From assembly GCA_963821235.1 (NCBI GenBank), contig CAWGCS010000001.1:510751-574750 (forward strand): 64,000 nucleotides of DNA, in the 5' to 3' direction. Below, piece by piece: positions 46,673 through 55,573 of the stretch (position 1 is the stretch's first letter; every line of letters starts with the position of its first letter). The stretch comes from an uncultured Chloroflexia bacterium (GTDB lineage Bacteria; Chloroflexota; Limnocylindria; Limnocylindrales; CSP1-4). The translations under genes and the position numbers were made by a program. The notes below the pieces were generated by a model. That model saw only the letters and a program-made list of their open reading frames with translations, made no database searches and was not told where the DNA came from.

Positions 46673-48679
46673 GTGAGTCCCGCCGATAGCCCCCTCCGCG
46701 CCGCCCCGTCGCTCGTGGCGGGCCGCCCGCTCGAGGTCGGGGCGGTCGGCGCGATCGGCTTCCTGCTCGCCTGGTTCGCACCGCCCCTGGCGGTCGCCGT
46801 CGCCTGGCCGTTCCTCTTCTTCGTCCCTGGGTGGCTGCTGGTCAGCCGGGTCGTGCCGAGGCTCGGGCCGGCCGGTCGCCTCGGCGTCGGCGTCGTCACC
46901 TCGACGTTCGTGGCCGCCCACCTCGGGAACGTGGTCGGCCTGGCAGCCGGGGGCTTCGACCGGCCGGTCGCCTTCGCGGTGGCGGCGATCCTCGCGGTGG
47001 CCAGCCTCGTCCTCGCGGTCGTGCCGATCCCGGGCCTGGCCCGGCCGCCATCGCTCGATCCGCGGGACGGCCTCGCCGCCGTCCGCCGCGAGCCGGCGCC
47101 GTTCGCGCTCGCCGCGCTCGCGGCCCTCGGGGTGGGGGGAGTCCTGGCCGCGAACGCGTGGCACGAGATCCCGGGCGGCTGGGTCTCAGGCGGGTGGAAC
47201 TGGAGCGACTTCCTCGTCCACGTGGCGATCGGCCAGAGCATCGTCGAGGGCAACTTCCCGCCCCAGGTCCCCTACTTCGCGGGCGTCCCGCTGACCTACC
47301 ACTGGTTCGCCGACTTCCACGGCGCGATCGCGGCGACGGTCGCCGGCTCGCACGTGATCCCGGTCTTCATCGCCTCCAGCGCGCTCCTGGCGGGCACCCT
47401 GGCCCTCGTGGCCTGGGAGCTGGCCCTGCGCCTCTTCGGGAGCCGCCGCGCGGCCACGATCGCGACGCTCCTCGTCTTCCTGGCCGGCGGGATGGGCTGG
47501 CTCCGCCTCGTCCTCGACCTCGGGGCGGGCGACGGGACGCCCTGGGACCTCATCCGGACGCGGGCCTACGACAACAGCTGGGACGACGGCTGGCCGTACT
47601 TCAGGATCGCCTCGATCCTCGGCACCGGGCTGTTCCCCCACCGGGCCACCACCTTCGGGCTGCCGGGGCTCCTGGCGGTCCTGTTGCTGGTCCGGGTCTC
47701 CCTGGGCCGGCGCCCCGCCGGCACCGCCCTGGCCGGCGTCCTGGCCGCCCTCCTGGCGCCCTTCCACTTCTACTTCTTCCCGACGACCTACCTGCTGGTC
47801 GGGCTCTACGCCGTCGCCCACCGCGCCTGGCGCCGCCGGGGCTGGCTCCGCGACGCGGCCCTCTTCCTGGCGCCGATCGTGCTGGCCCTGCCGTTCGTCG
47901 TCGGCCCCGCCCTCCTCCAGCGGGATCGGGGCGCCATTCGCTTCGTCCTCGGCTGGGAGGAGGCCCGCATCGAGGACGGGCCGGCGGCCGTCCTCTTCTT
48001 CTACCTCACCAACATCGGGCTGCCGCTGGTCCTGGGGGTCGTCGCGCTGATCGCCAGCCGGCCACCCGGGCGGGCGTACCTGGCGGCCTGGGCGGTGGCC
48101 TTCTTCATGATCCCCAACCTCGTCATGGCCGGCGCCGTGGCCTTCGACATGAACAAGTACTTCCAGCTCATGTCGGTCGCCCTCGCTCTCCTCGGCGGGT
48201 GGCTGCTCCACCGGCGGCGGACCGCCGTCGTCGCGATCGTGATCGCCGCGACGGCCGTGTCACCCGTGCTCGTCGCGACCTGGCACCTCGTGTCGGAGAC
48301 GGTCGCCCTCAGCACGGGCCAGGAGAAGGCCGCGCGCTGGATCGAGCAGAACACGCCGCAGCTGGCGGTCTTCGTGACCGACGCCTACATCAACAGCCCG
48401 GCCGACTACGCCGGCCGCCTGCGGGTCACGACGTTCTCGACGTACGCCGCCAACCTCGGCTACGACCCGTGGCCACGCGAAGCTGCCGTCCAGGTGGCCT
48501 ACTGCGACGGCCCCGAGGCGGCGGCGGGCGTGATGGCCCAGTACGGCGCGACGTACGTCCTGTCCTCGGGCGGGCAGCCCGACTGTGGCGGGGGGCCGCT
48601 CACGGACTTCTCGGGAAGCCCGCTCTTCGAGACGGTCTACGACGCCGACGGCGTCCAGATCTGGCGGCTGCGCGGCTGA
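46673..48679 (+). CDS. large polytopic membrane protein, GT-C-like glycosyltransferase fold (hypothetical)
   Basis: 668 aa with about 12 or more TM helices, large loops, and a C-terminal soluble domain. The N-terminal loop motif (NWSDFLVHVAIGQSIVEGNFPPQVPYFAGVPLTYHWFADF) resembles the lipid-linked sugar transferase (GT-C / DUF2029-type) architecture. The assignment is tentative. Confidence 0.5.
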   Translation: MSPADSPLRAAPSLVAGRPLEVGAVGAIGFLLAWFAPPLAVAVAWPFLFFVPGWLLVSRVVPRLGPAGRLGVGVVTSTFVAAHLGNVVGLAAGGFDRPVAFAVAAILAVASLVLAVVPIPGLARPPSLDPRDGLAAVRREPAPFALAALAALGVGGVLAANAWHEIPGGWVSGGWNWSDFLVHVAIGQSIVEGNFPPQVPYFAGVPLTYHWFADFHGAIAATVAGSHVIPVFIASSALLAGTLALVAWELALRLFGSRRAATIATLLVFLAGGMGWLRLVLDLGAGDGTPWDLIRTRAYDNSWDDGWPYFRIASILGTGLFPHRATTFGLPGLLAVLLLVRVSLGRRPAGTALAGVLAALLAPFHFYFFPTTYLLVGLYAVAHRAWRRRGWLRDAALFLAPIVLALPFVVGPALLQRDRGAIRFVLGWEEARIEDGPAAVLFFYLTNIGLPLVLGVVALIASRPPGRAYLAAWAVAFFMIPNLVMAGAVAFDMNKYFQLMSVALALLGGWLLHRRRTAVVAIVIAATAVSPVLVATWHLVSETVALSTGQEKAARWIEQNTPQLAVFVTDAYINSPADYAGRLRVTTFSTYAANLGYDPWPREAAVQVAYCDGPEAAAGVMAQYGATYVLSSGGQPDCGGGPLTDFSGSPLFETVYDADGVQIWRLRG

Positions 48680-48703
48680 CCGGGCCTCGGGCAGGCGGCC
48701 GGA

Positions 48704-49150
48704 TCAGCCCTTGGGCTCGACGACGACCGTCACCTCGGGCGTCATCCCCGCGTAGACCTTCACGGCGACCTTGTAGGTGCCCAGCGACTTGAGCGGCTGG
48801 TCCAGGTCGACCTTGTGCTTGTCGACGGTGATCCCCCGGCGACCGAGGGCGTCGGCGATGTCCTGGGCCGTGATCGAGCCGTAGAGCTTGCCGCCCTCGC
48901 CGACCTTGACCCCCATCGTGAGGGTGGTCGACCCGATCCGGTTGGCCGCGATCTCCGCCTCGCCGCGCTCGCGCTGGCGCTTCTCCTCGCGGCTCGCGAT
49001 GTCGTGCTGCCAGGCGCGGTAGGCGCCTCCGGCGGCGGGCACGGCGAGCTTGTGCGGGATCAGGAAGTTGCGGGCGTACCCATCGGTGACGTCCTTGAGC
49101 TCGCCGCTCTTGCCGAGCTTGGCGACATCGGTGGTCAGGATGACCTTCAC
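48704..49150 (-). CDS. rplI: 50S ribosomal protein L9
   Basis: MKVILTTDVAKLGKSGELKDVTDGYARNFLIPHKLAV is a canonical L9 N-domain. A C-domain is also present. Confidence 0.95.
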   Translation of the reverse strand: MKVILTTDVAKLGKSGELKDVTDGYARNFLIPHKLAVPAAGGAYRAWQHDIASREEKRQRERGEAEIAANRIGSTTLTMGVKVGEGGKLYGSITAQDIADALGRRGITVDKHKVDLDQPLKSLGTYKVAVKVYAGMTPEVTVVVEPKG

Positions 49151-49710
49151 GCGGGAGAACCCTCCTTGTTGAGCAGGTCCCGCACGCGCGGACCGAGCTT
49201 CGCCCGGCGGGCCACGCGGCCCCCGAGCTCCAGCGCAGCGGGCAGTCGATGGACGAGGCGGCGGAGCGGTCGCGGGACGAGGCGGCGGATCCGCTGGACG
49301 TCCTCGTCGAATGCCGCCCGGGGCAGGCCGGCAGCCCCGAGCTGCTCCTCGAGCACGTCGTCGGGCACGCCGTCGATGAACGTGTCGAAGGCGAGCGCGG
49401 CGATCACCAAGTCGTCGAGGACCCCCAGGAGCGGGACCCGGTCGGGGATGACGTCGAGCGGCGAGACGGCGTAGCCGAAGGCCCCGGCCAGGAGCGCCTT
49501 GCGCGCCGCCGGAACGCGAGGATCGCCCAGCAGGCCGACGAGGATCCGGGCGTGGACGGGCAGGCGGCCGGCAAGCGGGAGCAGGGCCAGGAGCGCGATC
49601 GTGCGCCCGATCATCGCCCGCCGGCGGTTGCCCCGCCGGCGCCGCCTCGGGGCCGTCTTCTCCGTCGCCGATTCCGCCATCCCTGGTTCGCGTGCTCCGT
49701 TGCTCTGCAT
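49147..49710 (-). CDS. DUF1232 (YkvA-like) membrane protein
   Basis: Basic N-terminus, then TM helices and the DUF1232 core (LLAGAFGYAVSPLDVIPDRVPLLGVLDDLVIAALAF). Confidence 0.55.
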   Translation of the reverse strand: MQSNGAREPGMAESATEKTAPRRRRRGNRRRAMIGRTIALLALLPLAGRLPVHARILVGLLGDPRVPAARKALLAGAFGYAVSPLDVIPDRVPLLGVLDDLVIAALAFDTFIDGVPDDVLEEQLGAAGLPRAAFDEDVQRIRRLVPRPLRRLVHRLPAALELGGRVARRAKLGPRVRDLLNKEGSPA

Positions 49711-49776
49711 CCCGCGCGTCGCGCTCGGGCGAAGGGAGAGTCTAGCAGTCCCGATCGGCGGCGCCGATCGCCACGC

Positions 49777-50196
49777 TCAGGCCCCGGGCGCGGCGGGCGG
49801 GCGGCTCTCGCCGCGGGCTGCGAGCGCCGCCTCGATCGCCGCCGCCAGGCGCTCGCCCGACGGCCGCCCGACGAGGGGGGTCACCCCGTGGAGGCCGGCC
49901 GTCTCCATCCAGGCCGGCTCCATGCCCGAGGCCACGAGGACGATGGGGACATCCGGGTGGATCTCGCGCATGCCTTCGATCAGGGCCTGGGCGCCGTCCG
50001 GCTCGCCGGTCACGAAGGCGTCGTAGACGAGCACGTCGGCGTCGGCCGCCAGGTCGCACTCGAGGCCGGAGAGGATCGGGCAGGAGGAGCCGATCGGGCC
50101 CAGGCACTGGCGGGCCTCGTAGCCCCGCCGGCGGAGGCTGTCCACCTCCTGGTCGGACAGGTCGATGTCGTGGTGGATGACGAGGACGCGGGTCAT
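49777..50196 (-). CDS. stand-alone response-regulator receiver-like domain protein
   Basis: 139 aa with a CheY-like pattern (MTRVLVIHHDIDL...DVLVYD...PIVLVASG). The phospho-acceptor Asp context is degenerate. The 632-aa ORF in the track is an artefact. Confidence 0.5.
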   Translation of the reverse strand: MTRVLVIHHDIDLSDQEVDSLRRRGYEARQCLGPIGSSCPILSGLECDLAADADVLVYDAFVTGEPDGAQALIEGMREIHPDVPIVLVASGMEPAWMETAGLHGVTPLVGRPSGERLAAAIEAALAARGESRPPAAPGA

Positions 50197-50290
50197 GACG
50201 CCACCTCTGCCGTGGAGCTTGGATTGCGGATGGTCGCCCGGACCGCGACCCGGCGCCAGTGCCGAACGTCCCCGCGGGCGCCCTTGACAT

Positions 50291-50306
50291 TCGAACGGGT
50301 GTTCTG
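50291..50306. promoter_or_regulatory. LexA (Cheo) box TCGAACGGGTGTTCTG upstream of lexA, overlapping a TTGACA -35-like hexamer
   Basis: GAAC-N4-GTTC match 35-50 bp upstream of the lexA GTG start, with TTGACAT directly adjacent at about 50284. This is the classic autoregulatory arrangement. Confidence 0.6.
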
Positions 50307-50340
50307 TACGCTGCTGCCAACGGCTCGGAAAGGAGCACGC

Positions 50341-50991
50341 GTGACCAGGCACGATGCCGAGCGCAAGCGCAGGATCCTCGACTACATCGCGGCGATGATC
50401 CGGGCCAACGGGGTTCCGCCCTCCGTCCGCGAGATCGCCCGCGCGGTCGGGCTCGCCTCCACGTCGGCCGTCCACCACCACCTGCGGGCCCTCGAGGAGG
50501 ACGGCTTCCTCGACCGAGGTGCTTCCCAGTCGCGGATGATCCGCCTGACGCCCAAGGCCGCCCTCCAGCTGAGCCTCTCGTCGGAGCTGACGCCGCAGTC
50601 GATGCCGGTCGAGGCCCACATGCTGCCGGTGATCGGCGAGATCGCGGCCGGCGGGCCCATCGAGGCATACGCCACGGCGGACGAGTACCGGGCCATCCCT
50701 GACATCCTCGCCCCGTCGGGCGACGCCTACCTCCTCCGCGTCCGCGGCGACTCGATGATCGAGGCGCTCATCGCGGACGGCGACTACGTCGTGATCCGGC
50801 CGCAGCAGACGGCCCGCAACGGCGACATCGTGGTGGCCCAGGTCGAGGAGAACGCGGTCACCCTGAAGCGCTTCTTCAAGGAGGATGGCCGGATCAGGCT
50901 CCAGCCGGCCAACCCGCAGTACCCGGCCCAGTTCTACGACGACGTCCGAATCCAGGGCAAGCTCATCGGGGTCATCCGCCGCCTCGACTGA
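50341..50991 (+). CDS. lexA: LexA repressor
   Basis: N-terminal wHTH (SVREIARAVGLASTSAVHHHLRALEEDGFL), the Ala-Gly cleavage site (EIAAGGPIEA), and the S24 peptidase Ser/Lys dyad (VRGDSMIEA...TLKRF). Confidence 0.9.
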   Translation: MTRHDAERKRRILDYIAAMIRANGVPPSVREIARAVGLASTSAVHHHLRALEEDGFLDRGASQSRMIRLTPKAALQLSLSSELTPQSMPVEAHMLPVIGEIAAGGPIEAYATADEYRAIPDILAPSGDAYLLRVRGDSMIEALIADGDYVVIRPQQTARNGDIVVAQVEENAVTLKRFFKEDGRIRLQPANPQYPAQFYDDVRIQGKLIGVIRRLD

Positions 50992-51000
50992 CGATCCGGC

Positions 51001-53775
51001 GTGATCGTCCACAGCCCGTCCACAGGATGGGCAATGGACTGCACGCTCGCGGGCGACCTGGGGGACCTCCTCGTGGACAACCCCCTCGCGCCGCGCGCCG
51101 CCAGCGGGCACGATGGCAGCGAACCCAGAGCCCCAGCCGGAGTGCCCGTGTCCGTCGATCGCCTTCCGCCGCAGAGCCTCGAGGCCGAGCAGTCGGTCCT
51201 GGGCGCCGTCCTCATCGATCGCGACGCCATCATCGAGGTGGCCGACATCCTCCGGCCGGCCGACTTCTACCGGCAGGCGAACGCCACCATCTACGGGGCC
51301 ATGCTCGAGCTGTGGGAGCGCCGCGAGCCGATCGACATCGTCACGGTCGCCGAGGCGCTCGAGCGCGCCGCCAGCCTCGACGGGATCGGGGGCCGGGCCT
51401 ACCTCTCGTCGCTCGCGGAGCAGACGCCGACCGCCGTCTTCGCGGCGCAGTACGCCCGCATCGTGGAGCGCAAGGCCGTCCTGCGGAACCTGATCGCGGC
51501 CGCCGGCCGGATCGCCGGCATCGGCTACGAGGACTCGCCGGAGGTCCAGGAGGCGATCGATCGCGCCGAGGCGGAGCTGTACGCCGTCTCGGAGCGGCGG
51601 CTCGCCGCCGGGTTCAGCCCGCTGCGCGAGCTGCTCCACGAGGCCTTCGATCGGCTCGACTACCTCCACACCCACCGCGGGGAGATCAGCGGCGTGCGGA
51701 CGGGCTTCCCCGATCTCGACGCCCTGACGACGGGCCTCCAGCCCTCGGACCTCGTGATCCTCGCGGCGCGGCCGTCGGTCGGCAAGACGAGCCTCGCCCT
51801 GAACATCGCCGAGTTCGCGGCGATCGGTAACTCCCCGCCGCGCTCGGTCGGCATCTTCAGCCTCGAGATGAGCAAGGAGCAGCTCGTCCTCCGGCTCCTC
51901 TCGTCGGTCGGCGGCATCGACAGCCAGCGGCTGCGGACCGGCTTCCTCGACGAGATGGATTTCGTCGGCGTCTCGAAGGCGATGACGGCGCTCTCCGAGG
52001 CTCCCATCTACATCGACGACACGCCGAACATCAGCACGATGGAGCTCCGCACGAAGGCTCGCCGGCTCCAGGCCGAGACCGGCCTCGATCTCGTGATCGT
52101 GGACTACCTCCAGCTCATGCAGTCCTCGACGACGTCGAAGGACGCCAACCGGGTCCAGGAGGTCTCCGAGATCAGCCGCGGCCTCAAGGCGCTGGCGCGC
52201 GAGCTGAAGGTCCCGGTGCTCGCCCTGTCGCAGCTCTCACGCCAGCCGGAAGCCCGCACCACGCCCGAGCCGCGCCTGTCCGACCTTCGGGAGTGCGTCA
52301 CAGGGGAAACGCCGGTCGTCCTCGCAGACGGTCGCCGCGTGCCGATCCGGGACCTCGTCGGCACCACGCCGTGGATCCTGGCATGGCACGAGGATGGCCG
52401 GCTCGCACCTGCCGAGTCGGACCTCATCTGGTCCGTCGGGCGGAAGTGCGTAGTCACCGTCCGTCTCGCGAGTGGCCGGATGATCCGGGCGACCCCGAAG
52501 CATCAGCTGTTGACCGGGTTCGGCTGGCGACGTGTCGAGGAGATGGAAGCCGGCGACCGCGTCGCGTTGGCACGGCCACTCCCGGAGCCGCTAGAGGCGG
52601 AGCGGTGGCCCGACCAGCACGTGGTGCTGCTCGGCCACCTCGTCGGGGACGGCAGCTACCTCTCCAATCGACCGATGCGCTACACGACGGCCAGCGAGGC
52701 CAACTCCGCGGCGGTGGCGAGCGCAGCCACCTCGGCGTTCGGCGCGAACGTGACGCGAATGGCTGGCCGGGGGAGCTGGCACCAACTCCTGATCTCGGGC
52801 AACGGGAATCGATGGCACCCGGCCGGCGTGAACAAGTGGCTTCGGGACCTTGGGGTCTTCGGGCAGCGCTCGCCTGAGAAGCGCCTGCCGGAGTCGGTCT
52901 TCCGCCTCCGGAACGAGCAGCTCGTGCTGCTGCTCCGCCATCTCTGGGCCACCGATGGCACGATTTGCGCAGCGCCCGTCGGATCGCGCACGACGCACAA
53001 GGTGATGTACTCCACGAGCAGTCCCGGCCTGGCCGCCGACGTTGCCGCGGCACTCCTGCGCCTCGGGATCGTCGCCCGCATCAAGACGGCGACGAAGGCC
53101 GGTTACCGGCCTAGCTACCACGTCAACGTGTCCGGCGCGGCCGACCAGCACGCGTTCCTTGAACTCGTCGGCGGGTTCGGGCCGCGCGCGCCACAGGCTG
53201 AGCGGCTGGCCGCGGCACTCGCGGCCATTCGACCGAACACTAACGTGGACACCCTCCCGGCGGCCTTCTTCAACCGAGTCCGCGACAGGGCAGAGGAGCT
53301 CGGACTGTCGATGCGCAAGATCGCTGCCCTGCGCGAGACCGCGTACGCGGGATCTGCCCACACCGCCTTCCGGCCGTCGCGAGCCGTCGCCGCCGACTAC
53401 GCGACTCTGCTCGATGATCCGGATCTCGATCGCATGATCAATGAGCCGCTCTTCTGGGATCGGGTGGTCGCAATCGAGCCGGCGGGGATCGAGGAGGTCT
53501 TCGACCTGACTGTTCCGGGCCCCTCCAGCTGGCTTGCCGATGGCTTGGTGAGCCATAACTCGGGCGCGCTTGAGCAGGATGCGGACCTCGTCGTCTTCCT
53601 GTGGCGCGAGAAGGAGCGGGGATCCGAGGACCACGACGCCGATGGCGAGGTGGTGAAGCTGCGGCTGGCAAAGCACCGCAACGGCCCGACCGGCGAGATC
53701 GACCTCTGGTTCAAGAAGACCCAGACGCGCTTCGTGAGCTACGCCGGCGAGCGCTTCAGCGGCGCCGCGCCGTAG
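51001..53775 (+). CDS. dnaB: replicative DNA helicase DnaB, interrupted by an intein
   Basis: DnaB N-domain (QSLEAEQSVLGAVLID), Walker A (AARPSVGKTSLALNIA), Walker B (DLVIVDYLQLM), and the RecA-like C-domain. The conserved DLRE|SGALEQDADLV motif is split by a 422-aa insertion. The N-terminal start is uncertain: GTG at 51001 or ATG at 51034. Confidence 0.9.
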   Translation: MIVHSPSTGWAMDCTLAGDLGDLLVDNPLAPRAASGHDGSEPRAPAGVPVSVDRLPPQSLEAEQSVLGAVLIDRDAIIEVADILRPADFYRQANATIYGAMLELWERREPIDIVTVAEALERAASLDGIGGRAYLSSLAEQTPTAVFAAQYARIVERKAVLRNLIAAAGRIAGIGYEDSPEVQEAIDRAEAELYAVSERRLAAGFSPLRELLHEAFDRLDYLHTHRGEISGVRTGFPDLDALTTGLQPSDLVILAARPSVGKTSLALNIAEFAAIGNSPPRSVGIFSLEMSKEQLVLRLLSSVGGIDSQRLRTGFLDEMDFVGVSKAMTALSEAPIYIDDTPNISTMELRTKARRLQAETGLDLVIVDYLQLMQSSTTSKDANRVQEVSEISRGLKALARELKVPVLALSQLSRQPEARTTPEPRLSDLRECVTGETPVVLADGRRVPIRDLVGTTPWILAWHEDGRLAPAESDLIWSVGRKCVVTVRLASGRMIRATPKHQLLTGFGWRRVEEMEAGDRVALARPLPEPLEAERWPDQHVVLLGHLVGDGSYLSNRPMRYTTASEANSAAVASAATSAFGANVTRMAGRGSWHQLLISGNGNRWHPAGVNKWLRDLGVFGQRSPEKRLPESVFRLRNEQLVLLLRHLWATDGTICAAPVGSRTTHKVMYSTSSPGLAADVAAALLRLGIVARIKTATKAGYRPSYHVNVSGAADQHAFLELVGGFGPRAPQAERLAAALAAIRPNTNVDTLPAAFFNRVRDRAEELGLSMRKIAALRETAYAGSAHTAFRPSRAVAADYATLLDDPDLDRMINEPLFWDRVVAIEPAGIEEVFDLTVPGPSSWLADGLVSHNSGALEQDADLVVFLWREKERGSEDHDADGEVVKLRLAKHRNGPTGEIDLWFKKTQTRFVSYAGERFSGAAP
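52294..53559 (+). other. DnaB intein (422 aa) with embedded LAGLIDADG homing-endonuclease domain
   Basis: Begins with Cys1 (CVTGETPVVLADG, block A), carries block B (TPKHQLLT), LAGLIDADG motifs (LLGHLVGDGSY and LLRHLWATDGTI), and ends with VSHN followed by the Ser +1 extein nucleophile. It is inserted in the DnaB H4/RESG site. Confidence 0.85.
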
Positions 53776-53832
53776 GGCGAGCGGCGCCGCGGTCGGGCGG
53801 CTGGCGACTCCCGTCAGAGCCGCCGACTCCCG

Positions 53833-54780
53833 TCAGAGCTGCTCGTCGGGCAGGAGCGGCCGGAGGCCCAGCACGTAGGTCTTGCCGTCCGGCCCAAGGA
53901 GCGCGATCCCGGAGACGCCGCCCTCGGGGTTCTCCAGGCCGAGGACCGACATCTCCAGGCCGCTCAGGACCTTCGAGGCGAATCCGAACCCACTGTCCTG
54001 GTCCACGACGGTGAAGGCGTCGGGACCGAACGTCGGCCAGGGCCACGACCGGGCCGGCCCCTCGGCGAAGCCGCCTTCGAGCAGCGAAGCGCGGAATCGG
54101 TCCGGGCGGTAGAGCCCGACATCCGTCGCGTTGCCCTTCACGACCTCCTGATCGAAGTTGCGGAGGCGCTCGGCGAAGGCGGCCATCGCCTCCAGGATCG
54201 CGTCGTCCGGCTTCGGGTTGGCAGGATCGCTGCCGAACCCCAGGGCGTAGGCGGTCACCTGCTTCTGGCGGCCGTCGGCGTTGACCACGAAGACTGCGGT
54301 CGGGGCGTCGGCGACCATGCCGTTGTCGTAGCGCGGCTTCGCCACGCCCAGGCCGCCGGCGCCCAGCCCATCGGCGAGGAGCGCCTGGACCTGGGCCTCG
54401 GTCATCGTCGCCACCTGGAGCGGGGGGAAGCGCATCGGCTGGCCCTGCTTCTGCTCCGGGAAGGCCGCCGAGACCGGCCGATAGATGACGGTGCCGTCGC
54501 CGTACAGGGAGAAGTACGGGGTCTGCACGAGCGCGAAGTTCGGGGCGACGAAGCCGCCTCCCTCGGAGAATCTCAGGACCAGCTCGTTGGCGCCCCTCGG
54601 ATGGGCGATCTGGCCGGTCGGGGAGCTCGGCGACGGCGCTGGGGACCCGCCGGCGCTCGTGGGCGCCGCGCTCCCGGACGGAGCGGTCGGAGACGGAGAG
54701 GCGCCGCCCGTGCAGGCGGCCACGGCGAAGGCGGTCGCGAGGCCCGCGACCAGGAGTCGGCGATCAGCTGGCTTCCACAT
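53833..54780 (-). CDS. secreted lipoprotein (hypothetical)
   Basis: Lipobox (AFAVAAC|TGG), a Pro/Ser/Ala-rich linker, and a globular domain of unknown function. The longer ORF in the track is a 5' artefact. Confidence 0.5.
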   Translation of the reverse strand: MWKPADRRLLVAGLATAFAVAACTGGASPSPTAPSGSAAPTSAGGSPAPSPSSPTGQIAHPRGANELVLRFSEGGGFVAPNFALVQTPYFSLYGDGTVIYRPVSAAFPEQKQGQPMRFPPLQVATMTEAQVQALLADGLGAGGLGVAKPRYDNGMVADAPTAVFVVNADGRQKQVTAYALGFGSDPANPKPDDAILEAMAAFAERLRNFDQEVVKGNATDVGLYRPDRFRASLLEGGFAEGPARSWPWPTFGPDAFTVVDQDSGFGFASKVLSGLEMSVLGLENPEGGVSGIALLGPDGKTYVLGLRPLLPDEQL

Positions 54781-54915
54781 GGCAACCCTGACGGCGGTCC
54801 GGCCCCGCCGGTTCCGCGCCACCGGCGGTTCGGGCCCGCGATCCTGCCCGTTGCCACGGTCGATTCGGTCCAGTATCGTCCCGCAATCCAGCGCGGAACG
54901 GTTGCGAGGGGAACC

Positions 54916-55212
54916 GTGTACGAGGATCGAGAGCTGACCTGCCGCGACTGCGGCGTGTCGTTCACCTTCACCCAGGGGGAGCAGGCGTTCTACGCCAGCA
55001 AGGGCCTCCTCAACGATCCCCAGCGATGCTCGGGATGCCGCGCAGCGGCCAAGCAGGCCCGGACGAACGCCGGCCCGCGCGAGCTCCATGCCGCCGTCTG
55101 CCACGGCTGCGGGGGCCAGGCGCTCGTCCCCTTTGCGCCCCGCGCCGACAAGCCCGTCTATTGCAGCGCCTGCTTCGAGCGAGTCCGGCCCGCGCCGCCG
55201 TCGCTCGTGTGA
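54916..55212 (+). CDS. small Cys4/Cys4 zinc-ribbon protein
   Basis: 98 aa, GTG start. Two CxxC...CxxC knuckle pairs (CRDCGVSF...CSGCR and CHGCGGQ...CSACF). Confidence 0.5.
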   Translation: MYEDRELTCRDCGVSFTFTQGEQAFYASKGLLNDPQRCSGCRAAAKQARTNAGPRELHAAVCHGCGGQALVPFAPRADKPVYCSACFERVRPAPPSLV

Positions 55213-55280
55213 GCGCGCCCCTCGCCTAGACTTCCGGCGACGGCCGGCGCGAGCGTGCGGCCCAGCTGGGAGGGTCTGCA

Positions 55281-55484
55281 ATGGGCGTCATCATCATCCG
55301 CGAGATGGTCGGCACGAGCCCGACGTCCTGGAGCGACGCGGCGCGGCAGGCGGTTGCCACCGCATCGCGCACCGTCCGCAACATCCGCAGCGTCGAGGTC
55401 GTGAAGTCGACCGCGACGGTCGAGAACGGCGAGATCGTCGAGTATCGGGTGGACCTGAAGATCGGGTTCGAATACGACGGCTGA
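55281..55484 (+). CDS. dodecin-family flavin-binding protein
   Basis: 67 aa. An RBS (GGGAGGG) precedes the ATG. Dodecin-like beta-alpha-beta-beta pattern (VEVVKSTATVENGEIVEYRVDLKIGFEY). Confidence 0.65.
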   Translation: MGVIIIREMVGTSPTSWSDAARQAVATASRTVRNIRSVEVVKSTATVENGEIVEYRVDLKIGFEYDG

Positions 55485-55573
55485 CCCGCCCTTCGGGACC
55501 GGTGGGCGTGCCCGTTGCGTGCTCCGGGGCACGCGTGGGACAGATAAGTGGGCGATGAGCGACCTGCGGCAGC

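Noticed and set aside
49777-51675. 632-aa minus-strand ORF spanning lexA and dnaB
   Set aside because: This is the antisense of lexA and dnaB. Only the 3'-terminal 139 aa, a receiver-like domain, look like a real protein.
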